Of a stretch of DNA of 64,000 nucleotides, positions 47,606 through 61,134 are shown piece after piece. The stretch's first letter is position 1, and each line of letters begins with the position of its first letter. Origin of the DNA: Mobula hypostoma (Eukaryota); contig NC_086108.1 in assembly GCF_963921235.1 (NCBI RefSeq), positions 100,938,001-101,002,000 on the forward strand, read 5' to 3'. The notes under the pieces are model-generated. The model worked only from the letters and a program-made list of their open reading frames with translations, made no database searches and had not been told where the DNA came from. The translations under genes were made by a program, and so were the position numbers.

Positions 47606-49803
47606 AAGTACCATCTTAAATTTGCTGATGAAACAACCATTGTTGGTAGAATCTCAGTTGGAGATGAGAGGGTGTACAGGAGCGAGATATACCAACTCAT
47701 GGTGTGGTGTTACAGCAACAACCTTGCACTCAACATCAGTAAGATGAAATGGCTTTGTGAAGGGAAGGTCGTGCCTCATAAACCTAAGTGAGTTTTTTGA
47801 AGAGGTAACAAAAGAAATTGATGAGTGTAGGGTGGTAGATGTGGTCTACATCGATCTTCGTAAGGCATTTGACAAGGTCCCCAGCGAGAGACCCATCCAG
47901 AAAGTCATGAGGCATGGGATCAGTGGAACCTTGGCTGTTTGGATAAAAAATTGGCTTGCAGGAAGAAAGCAGAGGGTAGTAGTGGAAGGAAAGTATTCTG
48001 CCTGGAGGTTGGTGACTAGTGGAGTGCCGCAAGGATCTGTCCTGGGACCCCTGCCCTTTGTGATTTTTATAAATGACCTGGATGAAGAGGCAGAAGGATG
48101 GGTGAGTAAGTTTGCGGATGACACAAAGATTGGAGGAGTTGTGGATGGAGCTGTAGGTTGTCGAAGGTTACAAGAGGATATAGACAGGATGCAGAGTTGG
48201 GCAGAAAAGTGGCAGATGGAGTTCAATCCGGGTAAGTGTGAGGTGATGCATTTTGCAAGGACAAACCAGAAGGCTGAGTACAGGGTTAATGGTCGGTTAC
48301 TTAAGCGTGTGGACAAACAGAGGGACCTTGGGGTTCAAGTCCATACATCCCTCAAGGTCGCTGCACAGGTTGATAGGATAGTTAAGAAGGCCTATGGGAT
48401 GCTAGGCTTCATTAATAGGGGATTGAGTTCAAGAGTAGAGAGGTCATGTTGCAACTCTACAAATCTCTGATAAGACCACACTTAGAGTATTGTGTTCAGT
48501 TCTGGTCACCTCATTATAGGAAGGATGTGGAAGCTATGGAGAGGGTGCAGAGGAGATTTACAGGATGTTGCCTGGTTTGGAAAACAAGTCTTATGAGGCA
48601 AGGTTAGCAGAGCTGGGACTTTTCTCTTTGGAGCATAGAAGGATGAGAGGGGACTTGATAGAGGTCTACAAGATTATGAGAGGCATAGATAGGGTGGATA
48701 GCCAGTACCTGTTTCCCAGGGCACGAATAGCAAACACCAGAGGGCATATGTACAAAGTTAAGGGAGGGAGGTTTAGGGGAGACATCAGGGGTAAGTTTGT
48801 TTTTTTTTTACACAGAGGGTTGTGGGTGCCTGGAATGACTTTCCAGGGATGGTGGTGGAGGCTAAAACATTAGGGGTATTTAAGAGCCTCTTGGATAGGC
48901 ACATGGATGACAGAAAAATAGAGGGTTATGGGGTAGTGTGGGTTTAGTACTTTTCCTTTTTAAAAGGAATATATGGGTCGGCACAACATTGAGGGCTGAA
49001 GGGCCTGTACTGTGCTGTGATGTTCTAGTGGTCTAATGTTCTAGTGAAAGAGCTGATTGTGGACTTCAGGAAGGGTAAGACAAAGGAACACATACCAATC
49101 CTCATAGAGAGATCAGAAGTGGAGAGAGTGAGCAGTTTCAAGTTTGTGGGTGTCAAGATATCTGAGGACCTAACCTCGTCCCAACATATCGATGCAAATA
49201 TAGAGAAAGCAAGACAGTGACTATACTTCATTTGAAGTATAGTTTGAGTTTGAAGGGATTTGGTATGTCAACAAAAACACTCAGAAACTTCTATAGATGT
49301 ACCATGGACAGGATTCTGACAGGCTGCATCACTGTCTGGTATTGGGGGGGGGGGGCGCTACTGTACAGGACTGAAAGAAGCTGCAGAGGATCGTAAATTT
49401 AGTTGGCTCCACCTTGCGTACTAGCCTACAAAGTACCCAGGACATCTTTAAGGAGGGGTGTCTCAGAAAGGAAAGCTTCCATTATTAAGGACTTTCAGCA
49501 TCCAGGGCATGTCCTTTTCTCACTGTTACCATCTGGCAGGAGGTACAGAAGCCTGGAGGCACACAGTCAGCAATACAGGAACAGCATCTTCCCCTCTGCC
49601 ATCCGCTTCCTAAATGGACATTGAACCCATGAACACTATCTCACTTTTTCAATATATATTATTTGTTTTTGCAAGATCTTTTATCTCCAATAAACATATG
49701 CTGTAACTGATTTACCTATTTATTTTATTATATAACTGCTGCTGTTAAGTTAATAAATTTCACAATACATGCCAGTGATAATAAACTCGATTCTGATTCT
49801 GAT
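47606..49803 (+). mobile_element. Older Rex-like LINE split by a CR1
   Basis: [13 protein letters not shown]...LALNISK | KELIVDFRK continuity across the insert; (ATTCTG)n tail. Confidence 0.8.
47750..49044 (+). mobile_element. CR1 3' half (RT)
   Basis: 237-aa ORF with KAFDKVP, SGVPQGSVLGP, SKFADDTKIGG; TSD TGAAA (47745-47749, 49045-49049). Confidence 0.92.
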
Positions 49804-50307
49804 TGTGTACAGATGTACCTAATAGAGTGGCCACTGGGTGTATACAGAGCATTTTATCACATCAGTGCAACAATAACAAAATGCAGCATAAAATTTTACA
49901 GAGGAAGTGCAGTTCTGGCAAACATAAGGTGCAGGGCCACAACAAGGTAGCTTGCGAGGCCAAGAGTCCAGTTTAACGTAATAGGGACCTGTTCAAAAGT
50001 CTTCCACGTGCATGGGGTTTAGTTGCTTGCTGTAATTTGTGTTGTTTGCTGAGCATTGTAGGCATGCTATGTGTGTGTCAGAATGTGTGTCGGCTCTTGG
50101 AGGCTGCCCCCAGTACACCATTGGGTGTGTTGGTTGTTAATGGCAACGATGCATTTCACTGTCTGTATTGATGTACACATGATAATTAACTTATATCTTG
50201 GCCTCGATGGTCAAGAAATTGCCCTGAATATCTCCTTTAAACTGTAACCCCCCGCCCACCTCAAATTCACGTCCTCTACTACTTGAGCCATTGTCCCTTC
50301 TGATAAA

Positions 50308-52537
50308 ACCATAGAATCATAGAAAAACTACAGCACAGAAACAGGCCTTTTGGCCCTTCTTGGCTGCGCCGAACCATTTTCTGCCTAGTCCCACTGACCT
50401 GCACACGGACCATATCCCTCCATACACCTCCCATCCATGTATCTGTCCAATTTATTCTTAAATGTTAAAAAAGAACCCGCATTTACCACCTCATCTGGCA
50501 GCTCATTCCGTACTTCCACCACTCTCTGTGTGAAGAAGCCCCTCCAATGTTCCCTTTAAACTTTTCCCCCCTCACCCTTAACCCATGTCCTTTGGTTTTT
50601 TTCTCCTCTTGCCTCAGTGGAAAAAGCCTGCTTGCATTCACTCTATCTATACCCATCATAATTTTATATACCTCTATCAAATCTCCCCTCATTCTTCTAC
50701 GCTCCAGGGAATAAAGTCCTAACCTATTCAACCTTTCTCTGTAACTGAGTTTCTCAAGTCCTGGCAACATCCTTGTAAACCTTCTCTGCACTCTTTCAAC
50801 CTTATTTATATCCTTCCTGTAATTTGGTGACCAAAACTGAACACAATACTCCAGATTCGGCCTCACTAATGCCTTATACAACCTCATCATAACATTCCAG
50901 CTCTTATACTCAATACTTTGATTAATAAAGGCCAATGTACCAAAAGCTCTCTTTATGACCCTATCTACCTGTGACGCCACTTTTAGGGAATTTTGTATCT
51001 GTATTCCCAGATCCCTCTGTTCTACTGCACTCCTCAGTGCTTTACCATTAACCCTGTATGTTCTACCTTGGTTTGTTCTTCCAACGTGCAATACCTCACA
51101 CTTGTCTGTATTAAACTCCATCTGCCATTTTCAGCCCATTTTCTCAGCTGGTCCAAGTCCCTCTGCAGGCTCTGAAAACCTTCCTCACTGTCTACTACAC
51201 CTCCAATCTTTGTATCATCAGCAAATTTGCTGATCCAATTTACCACATTATCATCCAGATCATTGATATAGATGACAAATAACAATGGACCCAGTACTGA
51301 TCCCTGTGGCACACCACTAGTCACAGGCCTCCACTCGGAGAAGCAATTCTCTACTACCGCTCTTTGGCTTCTTCCATTGAGCCAATGTCTAATCCAATTT
51401 ACCACTTCTCCACGTATACCTAGCAACTGAATTTTCCTGACTAACCTCCCATGCGGGACCTTGACAAAGGCCTTACTGAAGTCCATGTAGACAATATCCA
51501 CTGTCTTCCCTTCATCCACATGGTAACCTCCTCGAAAGACTCCAATAGATTGGTCAAACATGACCTACCACACACAAAGCCATGTTGACTCTCCCTAATA
51601 AGTCCCTGTCTATCCAAATGCTTGTAGATTCTATCTCTTAGTACTCCCTCCAATAACTTACCTACTACCGACGGTAAACTTACTGGCTTATAATTTCCCA
51701 GATTACTTTTCGATCCTTTTTTAAACAACGGAACAACATGAGCCACTCTCCAATCCTCTGGCACCTCACCTGTAGACAGCGACATTTTAAATATTTCTGC
51801 CCGGGCCCCTGCAATTTCAACACTAGTCTCCTTCAAGGTCCGAGGGAACACCCTGTCAGGTCCCGGGGATTTATCCACTTTAATTTTCCTCAAGACAGCA
51901 AGGACCTCCTCCTTTTCGATCTGTACAGTTTCCATGATCTCACTACTTGTTTCCCTTAATTCCATAGACATCATGCCAGTTTCCTTAGTAAACACAGACG
52001 CAAAAAACCTATTTAAGATCTCCCCCATTTCCTTTGGTTCCGCACATAGCCGACCACTCTGATCTTCAAGAGGACCAATTTTATCCCTTACAATCCTTTT
52101 GCTCTTAATATACCTGTAAAAGCTCTTTGGATTATCCTTCATTTTGACTGCCAAGGCAACCTCATGTCTTCTTTTAGCACTCCTGATTTCTTTCTTAAGT
52201 ATTTTCTTGCACTTCTTATACTCCTCAAGCACCTTATTTACTCCCTGCTTCCTACACATGTCATACAACTCCCTCTTCTTCTTTATCAGAGTTGCAATAT
52301 CCCTTGAGAACCAAGGTTCCTTATTCCTATTCACTTTGCCTTTAATCCTGACAGGAACATACAAATTCTGCACTCTCAAAATTTCTCCTTTGAAGGCTTC
52401 CCACCTACCGATCACATCCTTGCCAGAGAACAACCTATCCCAATCCATGCTTTTTAGATCCTTTCTCATTTCTTCAAATTTGGCCTTCTTCCAGTTAAGA
52501 ACCTCAACCCTAGGACCAGATCTATCCTTGTCCATGA
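50308..52537 (-). mobile_element. Relatively young 5'-truncated CR1 (ORF2 in three frameshifted pieces)
   Basis: ORFs 51441-52535, 51034-51561 and 50483-51121 tile tether, RT and C-terminus; (TTCTATGG)-like tail. Confidence 0.93.
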
Positions 52538-52769
52538 TCTCCTCTCAGCTTTGGTCACTATCTCCAGTCCTCACTTACCATCCAATTCATCAACTCCAAA
52601 TCACCGGAATCCATTTGCCACTTCTCAGTTCTTGCTTCTTCCCTCCCCTTCACCTCTTTATACTCCCTATCCTCCCTTTACATCCTCACTCCAGAGGGCA
52701 GGGTATTAACTCGAAATATCAACTGTCCCTTTGCCTCCAGAAATGCCATGTGACCCACTGATTTCCACA

Positions 52770-53225
52770 ATACAATAAGACATAGGAGGAGAATGAGCCC
52801 ATTCAACCCATGGGGCCAGGTCTGCTCTGCCACTCTATCATGGCTGATTTATTATCCCCTTCAACCATACTCTCCTGCTTTCCTCACGTAACCTTGTATG
52901 TCCTTACTAATCAAGAACCAGTTAACCTCTGCGTTAAGTATACTCAATGACTTGGCTTCCACAGACTCTTGTCCAAATTTCTTCAGCCTCTGGCTGAAGA
53001 ATTTCCTCTCCATCTCAGTTTGAAAGGGCAATCATTCTATTCTGAGGCTGTGCCCTCTGGCCCTTGACTCCCCCTCTATGGTAAACATCCTTTTCATGTC
53101 TACTCTATCCAGGCCTTTAAATATTCAATGAGGACACACCTCATTCTTCTAAACCCAAGTGAGTTCAGACCCAGCACCAACAGATACTCATCATACATTA
53201 ATCCTTTTATTCCTGAGAACCTTCT
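52770..53225 (-). mobile_element. CR1 3' fragment
   Basis: 3' UTR and RT C-terminal remnants with deletions. Confidence 0.7.
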
Positions 53226-54598
53226 CATATTTATTCTCAATCATTTAGACCATAATACCATAAGATATAGGGGCAGAAGTAGGCCATTCAGCTCATGGAG
53301 TCTGCTACGCCATTCAATCATGTGCTGATCCAATTCTTCCAGTCATCCCTACTCCTCTGTCTTCTCCCCAAACCCTTTGATGCCATGGATAATCAAGAAG
53401 CTATCTATCTCTGCCTTAAATGGACCAATGACTTGGTTTCCACAGCAGCTTGTGGCAATAAATTCCACAGATTTACCACCCCCTGACTAAAGTAATTTCT
53501 TCGCATCTCTGTTCTAACTGGCTGCCCTTCAATATTGAAGTTGTACCCCCTTGTCCTAGACTCTACCTACCATGGGAAATAAATTTGCCATATCTAATCT
53601 GTTCAGGCCTTTTACAATTTGGAAAGTTTCTGTGAGATCCCCACTCATTCTCCTGAACTCCGGGGAATACAGCCCAAGAGCTGCCAGACGTTTTTCATAT
53701 AGTAACCTTTTCATTCCTGGAATCATCCTCGTGAATCTTCTCTGAACCCTCTCCAATGTCAGCACATCCTTTCTAAAATAAGGAGCCCAAAACTGCACAC
53801 AATTCTCCAAGTGTGGTCTCACAAGTGCCTTATAGAGCCTCAACATCACATCCCTGCTCTTATATTGTATACCTCCAGAAATGAATGCCAGTATTGCATT
53901 CAGCTTCTTCACCACCAACTCAAACTGGAGGTTAACCTTTAGAGTGTCCTGCACAAGGCCTCCCAAGTCCCTTTGCATTTCTGCATTTTGAATTCTCTCC
54001 CCATCTAAATAATAGTCTGCCCGTTTATTTCTTCCTCCAAAGTGCAACACCATACACTTTCCAACATTGTATTAGATTTGCCACTTCTTTGCCTATTCCC
54101 CTAAGCTATCAAAGTCTCTTTGCAGGCTCTCTGTTTTCTCAACACCACCCGCTTCAGCCAATGCTCCACCCATGCTAGTAACTCCCCTGTAATTCCATGG
54201 GCTCTTATCTTGCTAAGCAGCCTCATGTGCGGCATCTTGTCTTCTGAAAATCCAAGTACACCTCATCCATTGCATCTCCTTTGTCTACCCTGCTTGTAAT
54301 TTCCTCAAAAATTTGCAGTAGGTTTGTCAGTCAGGATTTTCCTTTCAGGAAACCATGCTGGCTTTGGCCTATATTGTCATGTGCCTCCAGGTACTCTAAT
54401 TTCAAACCTAACAATTGATTCCAACAACTTCTCAACCACTGATGTCAGGCTAACATCCACCCTTCTTAAATAGCGGAGTAACATTTACAATTTTCCAGTC
54501 ATCCAGTATAATGCCAGAATCTATCTATTCTTGAAAGACCATTGTTAATGCCTCCACAATCTCTCCAGATAATTCCTTCAGAATCTAAGGGTGCATTC

Positions 54599-57500
54599 TT
54601 AAGAACATAAGAACGTAAGAAATAGGAGCAGGAGTAGGCCATCCGGCCCATCGAGCCTGCCCCACCATTCAATAAGATCATGGCTGATCTGTCCATAAAC
54701 TCAGCTCCATCTACCTGCCTTTTCCCCATAACCCTTAATTCCCCTACTATGTAAAAATCTATCTGTTTCTTAAATATATTTAGTGAAGAAGCCTCAACTG
54801 CTTCCCTGGGCAGAGAATTCCACAGATTCACTATTCTCTAGAAAAACAGTTTCTCCTCATCTCCGTCCTAAATCTTCTCCCCTGAATCTTGAGGCAATGT
54901 CCCCTAGTTCTAGTCTTACCTACTAATGGGAACAACTTTTCTACTTCTATCTTATCTATCCCTTTCAAAATTTTGTATGTTTCTATAGACTCCTCTCATT
55001 CTTCTGAATTCCACAGAATATAGTCCCAGGTGACTCAATCTCTCCTCATAGGTTAGCCCCTTCATCTCTGGAATCAACCTGGTGAACCTCCTCTGCACTG
55101 CCTCCAAAGCCAGTATATCCTTCCTCAAGTATGGAGACCAGAACTGCACACAGTACTCCAGGTGCGGCCTCACCAATACCCCGTATAGTTGCAGCATGAC
55201 CTCCCTGCTCTTGAATGCAATCCTTCTAGCAATGAAAGCCAACATTCCGTTTGCCTTCTTAGTAATGGGGAGGATGTTCTACGAGTCTGTGGTGGCCAGT
55301 GCTATCATGTTTGCTGGGGCAGCAGGCTGAGGGTGGCAGAAACCAACAGAATCAACACACTCATTCGTAAGGCCAGTGATGTTGTGGGGATGGAACTGGA
55401 CGCTCTGACGGTGGTGTCTGAAAAGAGGATGCTGTCCAAGTTGCATGCCATCTTGGACAATGTCTCCCATCCACTACGTAATGTACTGGGTGGGCACAGG
55501 AGTACATTCAGCCAGAGACTCATTCCACCGAGTTGCAACACAGAGCGTCATAGGAAGTCATTCCTGCCTGTGGCCATCAAACTTTACAACTCCTCCCTTG
55601 GAGGGTCAGACACCCTGAGCCAATAGGCTAGTCCTGGACTTATTTCCTGGCATAAATTACATATTACTATTTAACTATTTAAGGTTTTATTACTATTTAT
55701 TATTTATGGTGCAAATGTAACGAAAATCAATTTTCCCCGGGTCAATAAAGTATGACTATGACTAACCTATTGTACCTGCAAGCCAATTTTTTTGTGATTC
55801 ATGCACAAGCACTCCCAAGTCCCTCTGCACAACAGCATGCTGCATTCTTTCGTTATTTAAATAACAATCTTCTCTTCTATTATTCCTTCCAAAGTGGATG
55901 ATCTCGCATTCAACAACGTTTTATTCTATCTGCCAGATCTTGGCCCACTCACTTAACCTATCTATATCCCTCTGCAGACTCTCCACATCCTCTGTACAAT
56001 CTCCTTTTCCACTCAGTTTAGTGTCATCAGCAAATTTTGCTATGCTACACTCAGTACCCTCTTCCAAATCATCAATGTAACTGGTAAACAGCTGCGGGCC
56101 CAGCACCGACCCCTGTGGCACCCCACTCACCACCGACTGCCAATTGGAGAAACACCCATTTAAACCAACTGTCTGCCTTCTATCAGTTAACCAATCCACT
56201 ATCCATGCCAATACACTCCCTCCGACTCCATGCATCTGTATCTTATTTATAAGTCTCTTGTGTGGCACCTTATCGAACACCATCTGGAAATCCAAGTATA
56301 CGACATCCACCTGTTCCCCTCTATTCATTCTACTCATTATGTCCTCAAAGAACTGCAGTAAGTTTGTCAAATAGGACCTGCCCTTTCTGAATCCATGCTG
56401 CGTCTGTCTAATGGAACCACTCCTTTCTATATGTTTCACTATTTCTTCCTTAATGACAGCTTCAAGCATTTTTCCGACTACAGATGTTAAGCTAACTGGC
56501 CTATAGTTGCCCATCTTTTTCCTACATTCTTTTTAAAAAAGTGGCGTGACATTTGCTGTCTTCCAATCCACCGGGACCTGCCCAGAGTCTAGAGAATTTT
56601 GGTAAATGATTACCAACGCGTCTACCATAACCTCCGCCAATTCCCTCAGCACCCTGGGATGCATCCCATCAGGACCAGGGGATTTATCTACCTCCAGGCC
56701 CTCTAGTTTGCTCATCACTATCTCTTTAGTGACAGTGATTTTATCTAGATCCTCACCTCTCATTTCGTCCATAACATCAATCTTTGGCATATTACACGTG
56801 TCCTCCACTGTGAAGACCGACAGAAAATAATCGTTCAATGCCTCTGCCATTTCCTTATCACCCAATATCAATTTCCCCTTCTCGTCTTCCAAGGGATCTA
56901 CGTTGACTTTAGCCACCCTCTTCCACTTTATATATTTATAAAAACTTTTGCTATCTGTTTTTATATTTTGTGTTAATTTAATTTAATACTCTATCTTCTC
57001 TTTCCTTATTTTTGTTTAGTGGTTCTTTGTTGCTTTTTAAAGTTTTCCCAATCCTCCAGTCTCCCACTAATCTTTGCGACTTTGTACACATGAGCTTTTA
57101 ATTTGATACTATCTTTTATTTCCTTAGTTATAGAAGGCCGGCTCTCCCCACACTCACTGTCCTTACTTTTGACTGGAATATGCTTTGGTTGAGCACTGTG
57201 AGGAATCTTTTTGAAATATTCCACTGTTCCTCAGCTATCCTACCAAATAGCCTGTGCTCCCAGTCCACATTAGCCAACTCCTCCCTCATCTCATTGTAGT
57301 CTCCCTTGTTCAAGCATAATATACTAGTTTTCGATCTAACTATTTCATCCTCCATCTGTATGTGAAATTCAATCATACTATGATCGCTCTTTCCAAGAGG
57401 ATCCCTGACTACAAGATAGTTAATCTTACTTGTCTCTTTGCACAGGACTAGATCTAAGATAGTATTTTCCCTTGTAGGTTCACTAACATGCTGCTCCATA

Positions 57501-57683
57501 GATCTTATATCGTCTCTCACAATTGCCCTGATCTCATCCTTAAATAAGTGTGCCACTCCACCTTCTTTGCCTTCCTGCCTATCTTTCCGTATTACCTGAT
57601 ACCCTTGGATATTTAATTCCAAGTGATCTCCACCTTGCAATCAGGTTTCTGTAATGGCCACTAAATCATATTCCTTGGTACTG
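54599..57683 (-). mobile_element. CR1 nested in CR1
   Basis: Own tail (TTCTTATG)n at 54599; TSD ATTC; ORFs with NYRPVSLTSVVGK, SGVPQGSVLGP, AKFADDTKL. Confidence 0.9.
55266..55762 (+). mobile_element. Rex1/Babar-like LINE 3' end nested in CR1
   Basis: Near-identical to 10748-11255 in reverse orientation; TSD TAA; (ACTATG)n tail. Confidence 0.92.
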
Positions 57684-58934
57684 ATTCCATCAGGTCCAGG
57701 AGATTTATCCACCCTCAGACCATTAAGCCTACTGAGCACCTTCTCAGTCGTAATTTTCACTGCACATACTTCACTTCCCTAACACTCTTGAATGTCTGGA
57801 ATACGGCAGATGTCTTCCACTGTGAAGACTGATGTAAAATACACATTCAGTTCCTTTGCCATCTCTGCGTCTCTCATTATAATATCTCCAGCGTCATTTT
57901 ATATTGGTCCTATATCTACCCTCAACTCTGTTTTACCCTTTATATGCTTAAAAATGCTTTTAGTATCTTCCTTGATATTAGTCACCAGCTTCCTTTCATG
58001 ATTCATCTTTTCCTTCCTAATGAACTTTTTAGTCTACTTCTTCCATTCGAAAACCTCTTCTTATTTGGAATATATCTGTCTTGCACTTCCCTCATCTTTC
58101 GCAGAAACTCCAGCCATTGCTGCTCTGGTGTCCTTCCTGCTAGTGTCCCTTTCCAGTCAACTTTGGCCAGTTCCCATCTCATGCCATTATAATTTCCTTT
58201 ATTCCACTGAAATACCAACACATTGGAATTTAGTTTCTCCTTCTCAAATTTCAAAGTGAACTTGATCATATTGTGATCACTGTTACCTAAGGGTTAACCT
58301 TAAGCTCTCTTATCACCTCTTGATCATTGCACCACACCCAATCCAGCACAGCCGATCACCTAGGGGGCTCAACAATAAGCTGTTCTAAAAAGCTATTCCT
58401 TAGATAGTCTACAAATTCTCTCTCTGGAGGTCTTGTATTGACCTGGTTTTCTCAATCAACTTTCATGTTAAAATCCCCAACGATTACCATGACATTGCCC
58501 TTCTGTCATGCCTTTTCTATCTCCTATTGTAATTTGTAATCCACATCCCGGCTGCTGTTTGGAGGCCCGTATACAACTGCCATTAAGGTCCTTTTACGCT
58601 TGCTATTTCTTCACTCAACCCATAGAGACTCTACACCTTCTGATCCTATGTCATTCCTTTCTAATGATTTAATATTATTTCTTATACACAGTGCCACACT
58701 ACCTCTTCTGCCTACTAACCTATCTTTCTGATGTACTGTATATCCTTGGGCATTCAGCTCCCAATGGCAGCCATCCTTTAGCCAAGTTTCAGACATGGCC
58801 ACAACGTCATACTTGCCAATCTGTAGCTGAATTTAAAGGTCGTCCATTTTATCTCTTATGCTGCATACATTCAAATACAACACTTTCAGTCCAGTACTTG
58901 TTACTTCTGTTTTAACTGCATCAGGCCTCTAAAA

Positions 58935-59132
58935 TAATTTGGCAAGGGGATGGGAGCCAGAGAGGTAGGGCTGAGGAAGGGGGAAACAGAAATAAATCAA
59001 AGATAGCATGCAACAGAGATTGTAGAAAGGACAAGCAGGAGATGAGGCATAAGCACAGCCAGTGGGATGATTTATTTCTGTTTTCCCCTTCCTCAGCCCT
59101 ACCTCTCCAGTTCCTATCACCCTGTCAAATTA
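58935..59132. repeat. Inverted repeat, 65-bp arms, 68-bp spacer
   Basis: 58935-58999 versus the reverse complement of 59068-59132: 57/65 identical by manual alignment. Confidence 0.92.
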
Positions 59133-60090
59133 GTTTAAACCCTCCCTAACAGATCTATTAAATGTGCCTGCTAGGATATTGGACCCCTTTGGGTTCAGGT
59201 GTAATCCATCCTTTCGTACAGGTCATACCTCCCCTAGAAGAGGCCCCAGTGATCCAGGGATCTGAAGCTCTGCCCCCTACACCAATCGCTCAGCCATATA
59301 TTAATATGCCTGATCATGTTATTCTTGCGCTCGTTCGCATGTGGCACAGGCAGCAATCCTGAGATTACTACCCTGGAGGTCCTGCTTTTCCACTTCCTAC
59401 CCATGGGGTGCTCTCTACTATCTGATCTCTTCCCTTTACTCCCCTGACTGTCTCCCACTTATCTAACTCCTGCAGCCTCGAGGTGACTAACTCCCAGTCG
59501 CTCCTCTCTATCTCCTGCTCACTTTTCCTAATAAGCTGTAGGTCATCAAGCCACAATTCCAGATCCCTAACACTGTCTCTCAGGAGCTGCATCTCGGTAC
59601 ACCTGGCGCAGATGTGGCCATCTGGGAAACTGGAAGATTCCCAGGTTTCCCACATCTGACACCCAGAGCAAAGTACTAACCCTACAGACATGCTCTCTAT
59701 TCCTCAAAAAAAATGCCAGGAAAAAACAAAGTCCGCTTACTCACTTACCTTGCCGCATCCGAATGAGTGAAAACCCTACCACTCTGACTCAGACCACTCC
59801 GTCGATGACTGCTCCGCTAGGCAGTGCCTCCCTTTTATGCCTGAACCTTCCCTGCTCTCCAACACACGATTGGTGCTCTGGTGATAGCCTAGTTCCCACG
59901 AAGCTTTCCCCTTTTAAACTTTGCTCCTGGACCTGTGCGCCGCCTCCTATCTCGTAGCTCTCCAGCTCACGATTTGTGCACCAGTTATAGTCAAATTCCC
60001 GCGAAGCTTTCCCCTTTTAAACTTCGCTACTGGATCTGTGCGCTGCCTCCTATCTCGTAGCTCGCCAACTCACAATTGGTGCGCCGGAAA
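59068..60090 (-). mobile_element. CR1 5' UTR with ~103-bp tandem monomers and ORF1 remnant
   Basis: MSVGLVLCSGCQMWE...HICARCTEMQLLRDSVRDLE; RVVISGLLPVP; repeat units start at 59893 and 59996. Confidence 0.85.
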
Positions 60091-60334
60091 GAAGGTTATT
60101 TCCTCCAATAGACTGTTTGTTATTCAAGAAGTTGACCTATCATGGCGATAGGCGAATTGCAATGGGTCCAGGTCCTTGCTGAGGCAGGAGTTCAGTCTGG
60201 TCATGACCGACCTCTCAAAGCATTTCATCACTGTTGATGTGAGTGCTACCAGGTGATAGTCATTAAGGCAGCCCACATTATTCTTCTTAGGCACTGGTAT
60301 AATTGTTGCCTTTTTGAAGCAAGTGGGAACAGTT

Positions 60335-60868
60335 ATTGTGTACAGTTCTGGTCACTGAATTATAGGAAAGATGTCAATAAAATTGAGAGAGTACAGAGGA
60401 GTTTTACTAAAATGCTGCCTGGGTTTCATCTCCTAAGTTACAGAAAAAGGTTGAACAAGTTGGGTCTTTATTCTTTGCAGTGTAGAAGGTTGAGGGGGTC
60501 TTGATAGAGGTGTTTAAAATTATGAGGGGGATAGATAGAGTTGACGTGGATAGGCTTTTTCCATTGAGAGTTGGGGAGATTCAAACAAGAGGACATGAGT
60601 TGAGAGTTAAAGGGCAAAAGTTTAGGGGTAACATGAGAGGGAACTTCTTTACTCAGAGAGTGGTAGCTGTGTGGAACGAGCTTCCAGCAGAAGTGGTTGA
60701 GGCAGGTTTGATGTTGTCATTTAAAGTTAAATTGGATAGCTATATGGACAGGAAAGGAATGGAGGGTTATGGGCTGAGTGCAGGTCAGTGGGACTAGGTG
60801 AGAGTAGCATTCGGCATGGACTAGAAGGGCTGAGATGGCCTGTTTCCCTGCTGTAATTGTTATATGGT
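60335..60868 (+). mobile_element. CR1 3' fragment
   Basis: YCVQFWSLNYRKD...FFTQRVVAVWNELP plus 3' UTR. Confidence 0.88.
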
Positions 60869-61134
60869 CCCGGCATTGGCAGTCTCCTGAGTCTCCAGAT
60901 ATTGCTGCAATGTGCCCTTACCAGCAGTAGGTGTCACTATCACCCCACTGTTTGCAGCCTTAAATATTCCATCTACCGTTCTGCAGCTTGAATCAGAATC
61001 AGGTTCGTTATCACTGACATGTGTTGTGAAATTTGTTGTTTTGTGGCAGCAGAACAGTGCAATATATAATAAAAATGACTGTAAGTTATAATAACAAATA
61101 TATTGTAACTTTATAATGTAAAATTGTAAAGCCT

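Larger units (their letters stand above)
45985..49840 (-). mobile_element. Tc1-like element (family of 27707-28270) carrying three nested LINE insertions
   Basis: TIRs at 45985 and 49840; body at 47139-47605 is the reverse complement of the 27.75-28.2 kb copy. Confidence 0.88.
53250..58930 (-). mobile_element. CR1 ORF2 (host copy), interrupted at 54599-57683
   Basis: GGGTGCATTC | CATCAGGTCCAGG continuity (PGPDGMHP); endonuclease MSETWL at ~58790. Confidence 0.88.

Noticed and set aside
51441..52535. 364-aa ORF as an active or domesticated gene
   Set aside because: 5'-truncated CR1 ORF2 lacking the endonuclease, with downstream frameshifts
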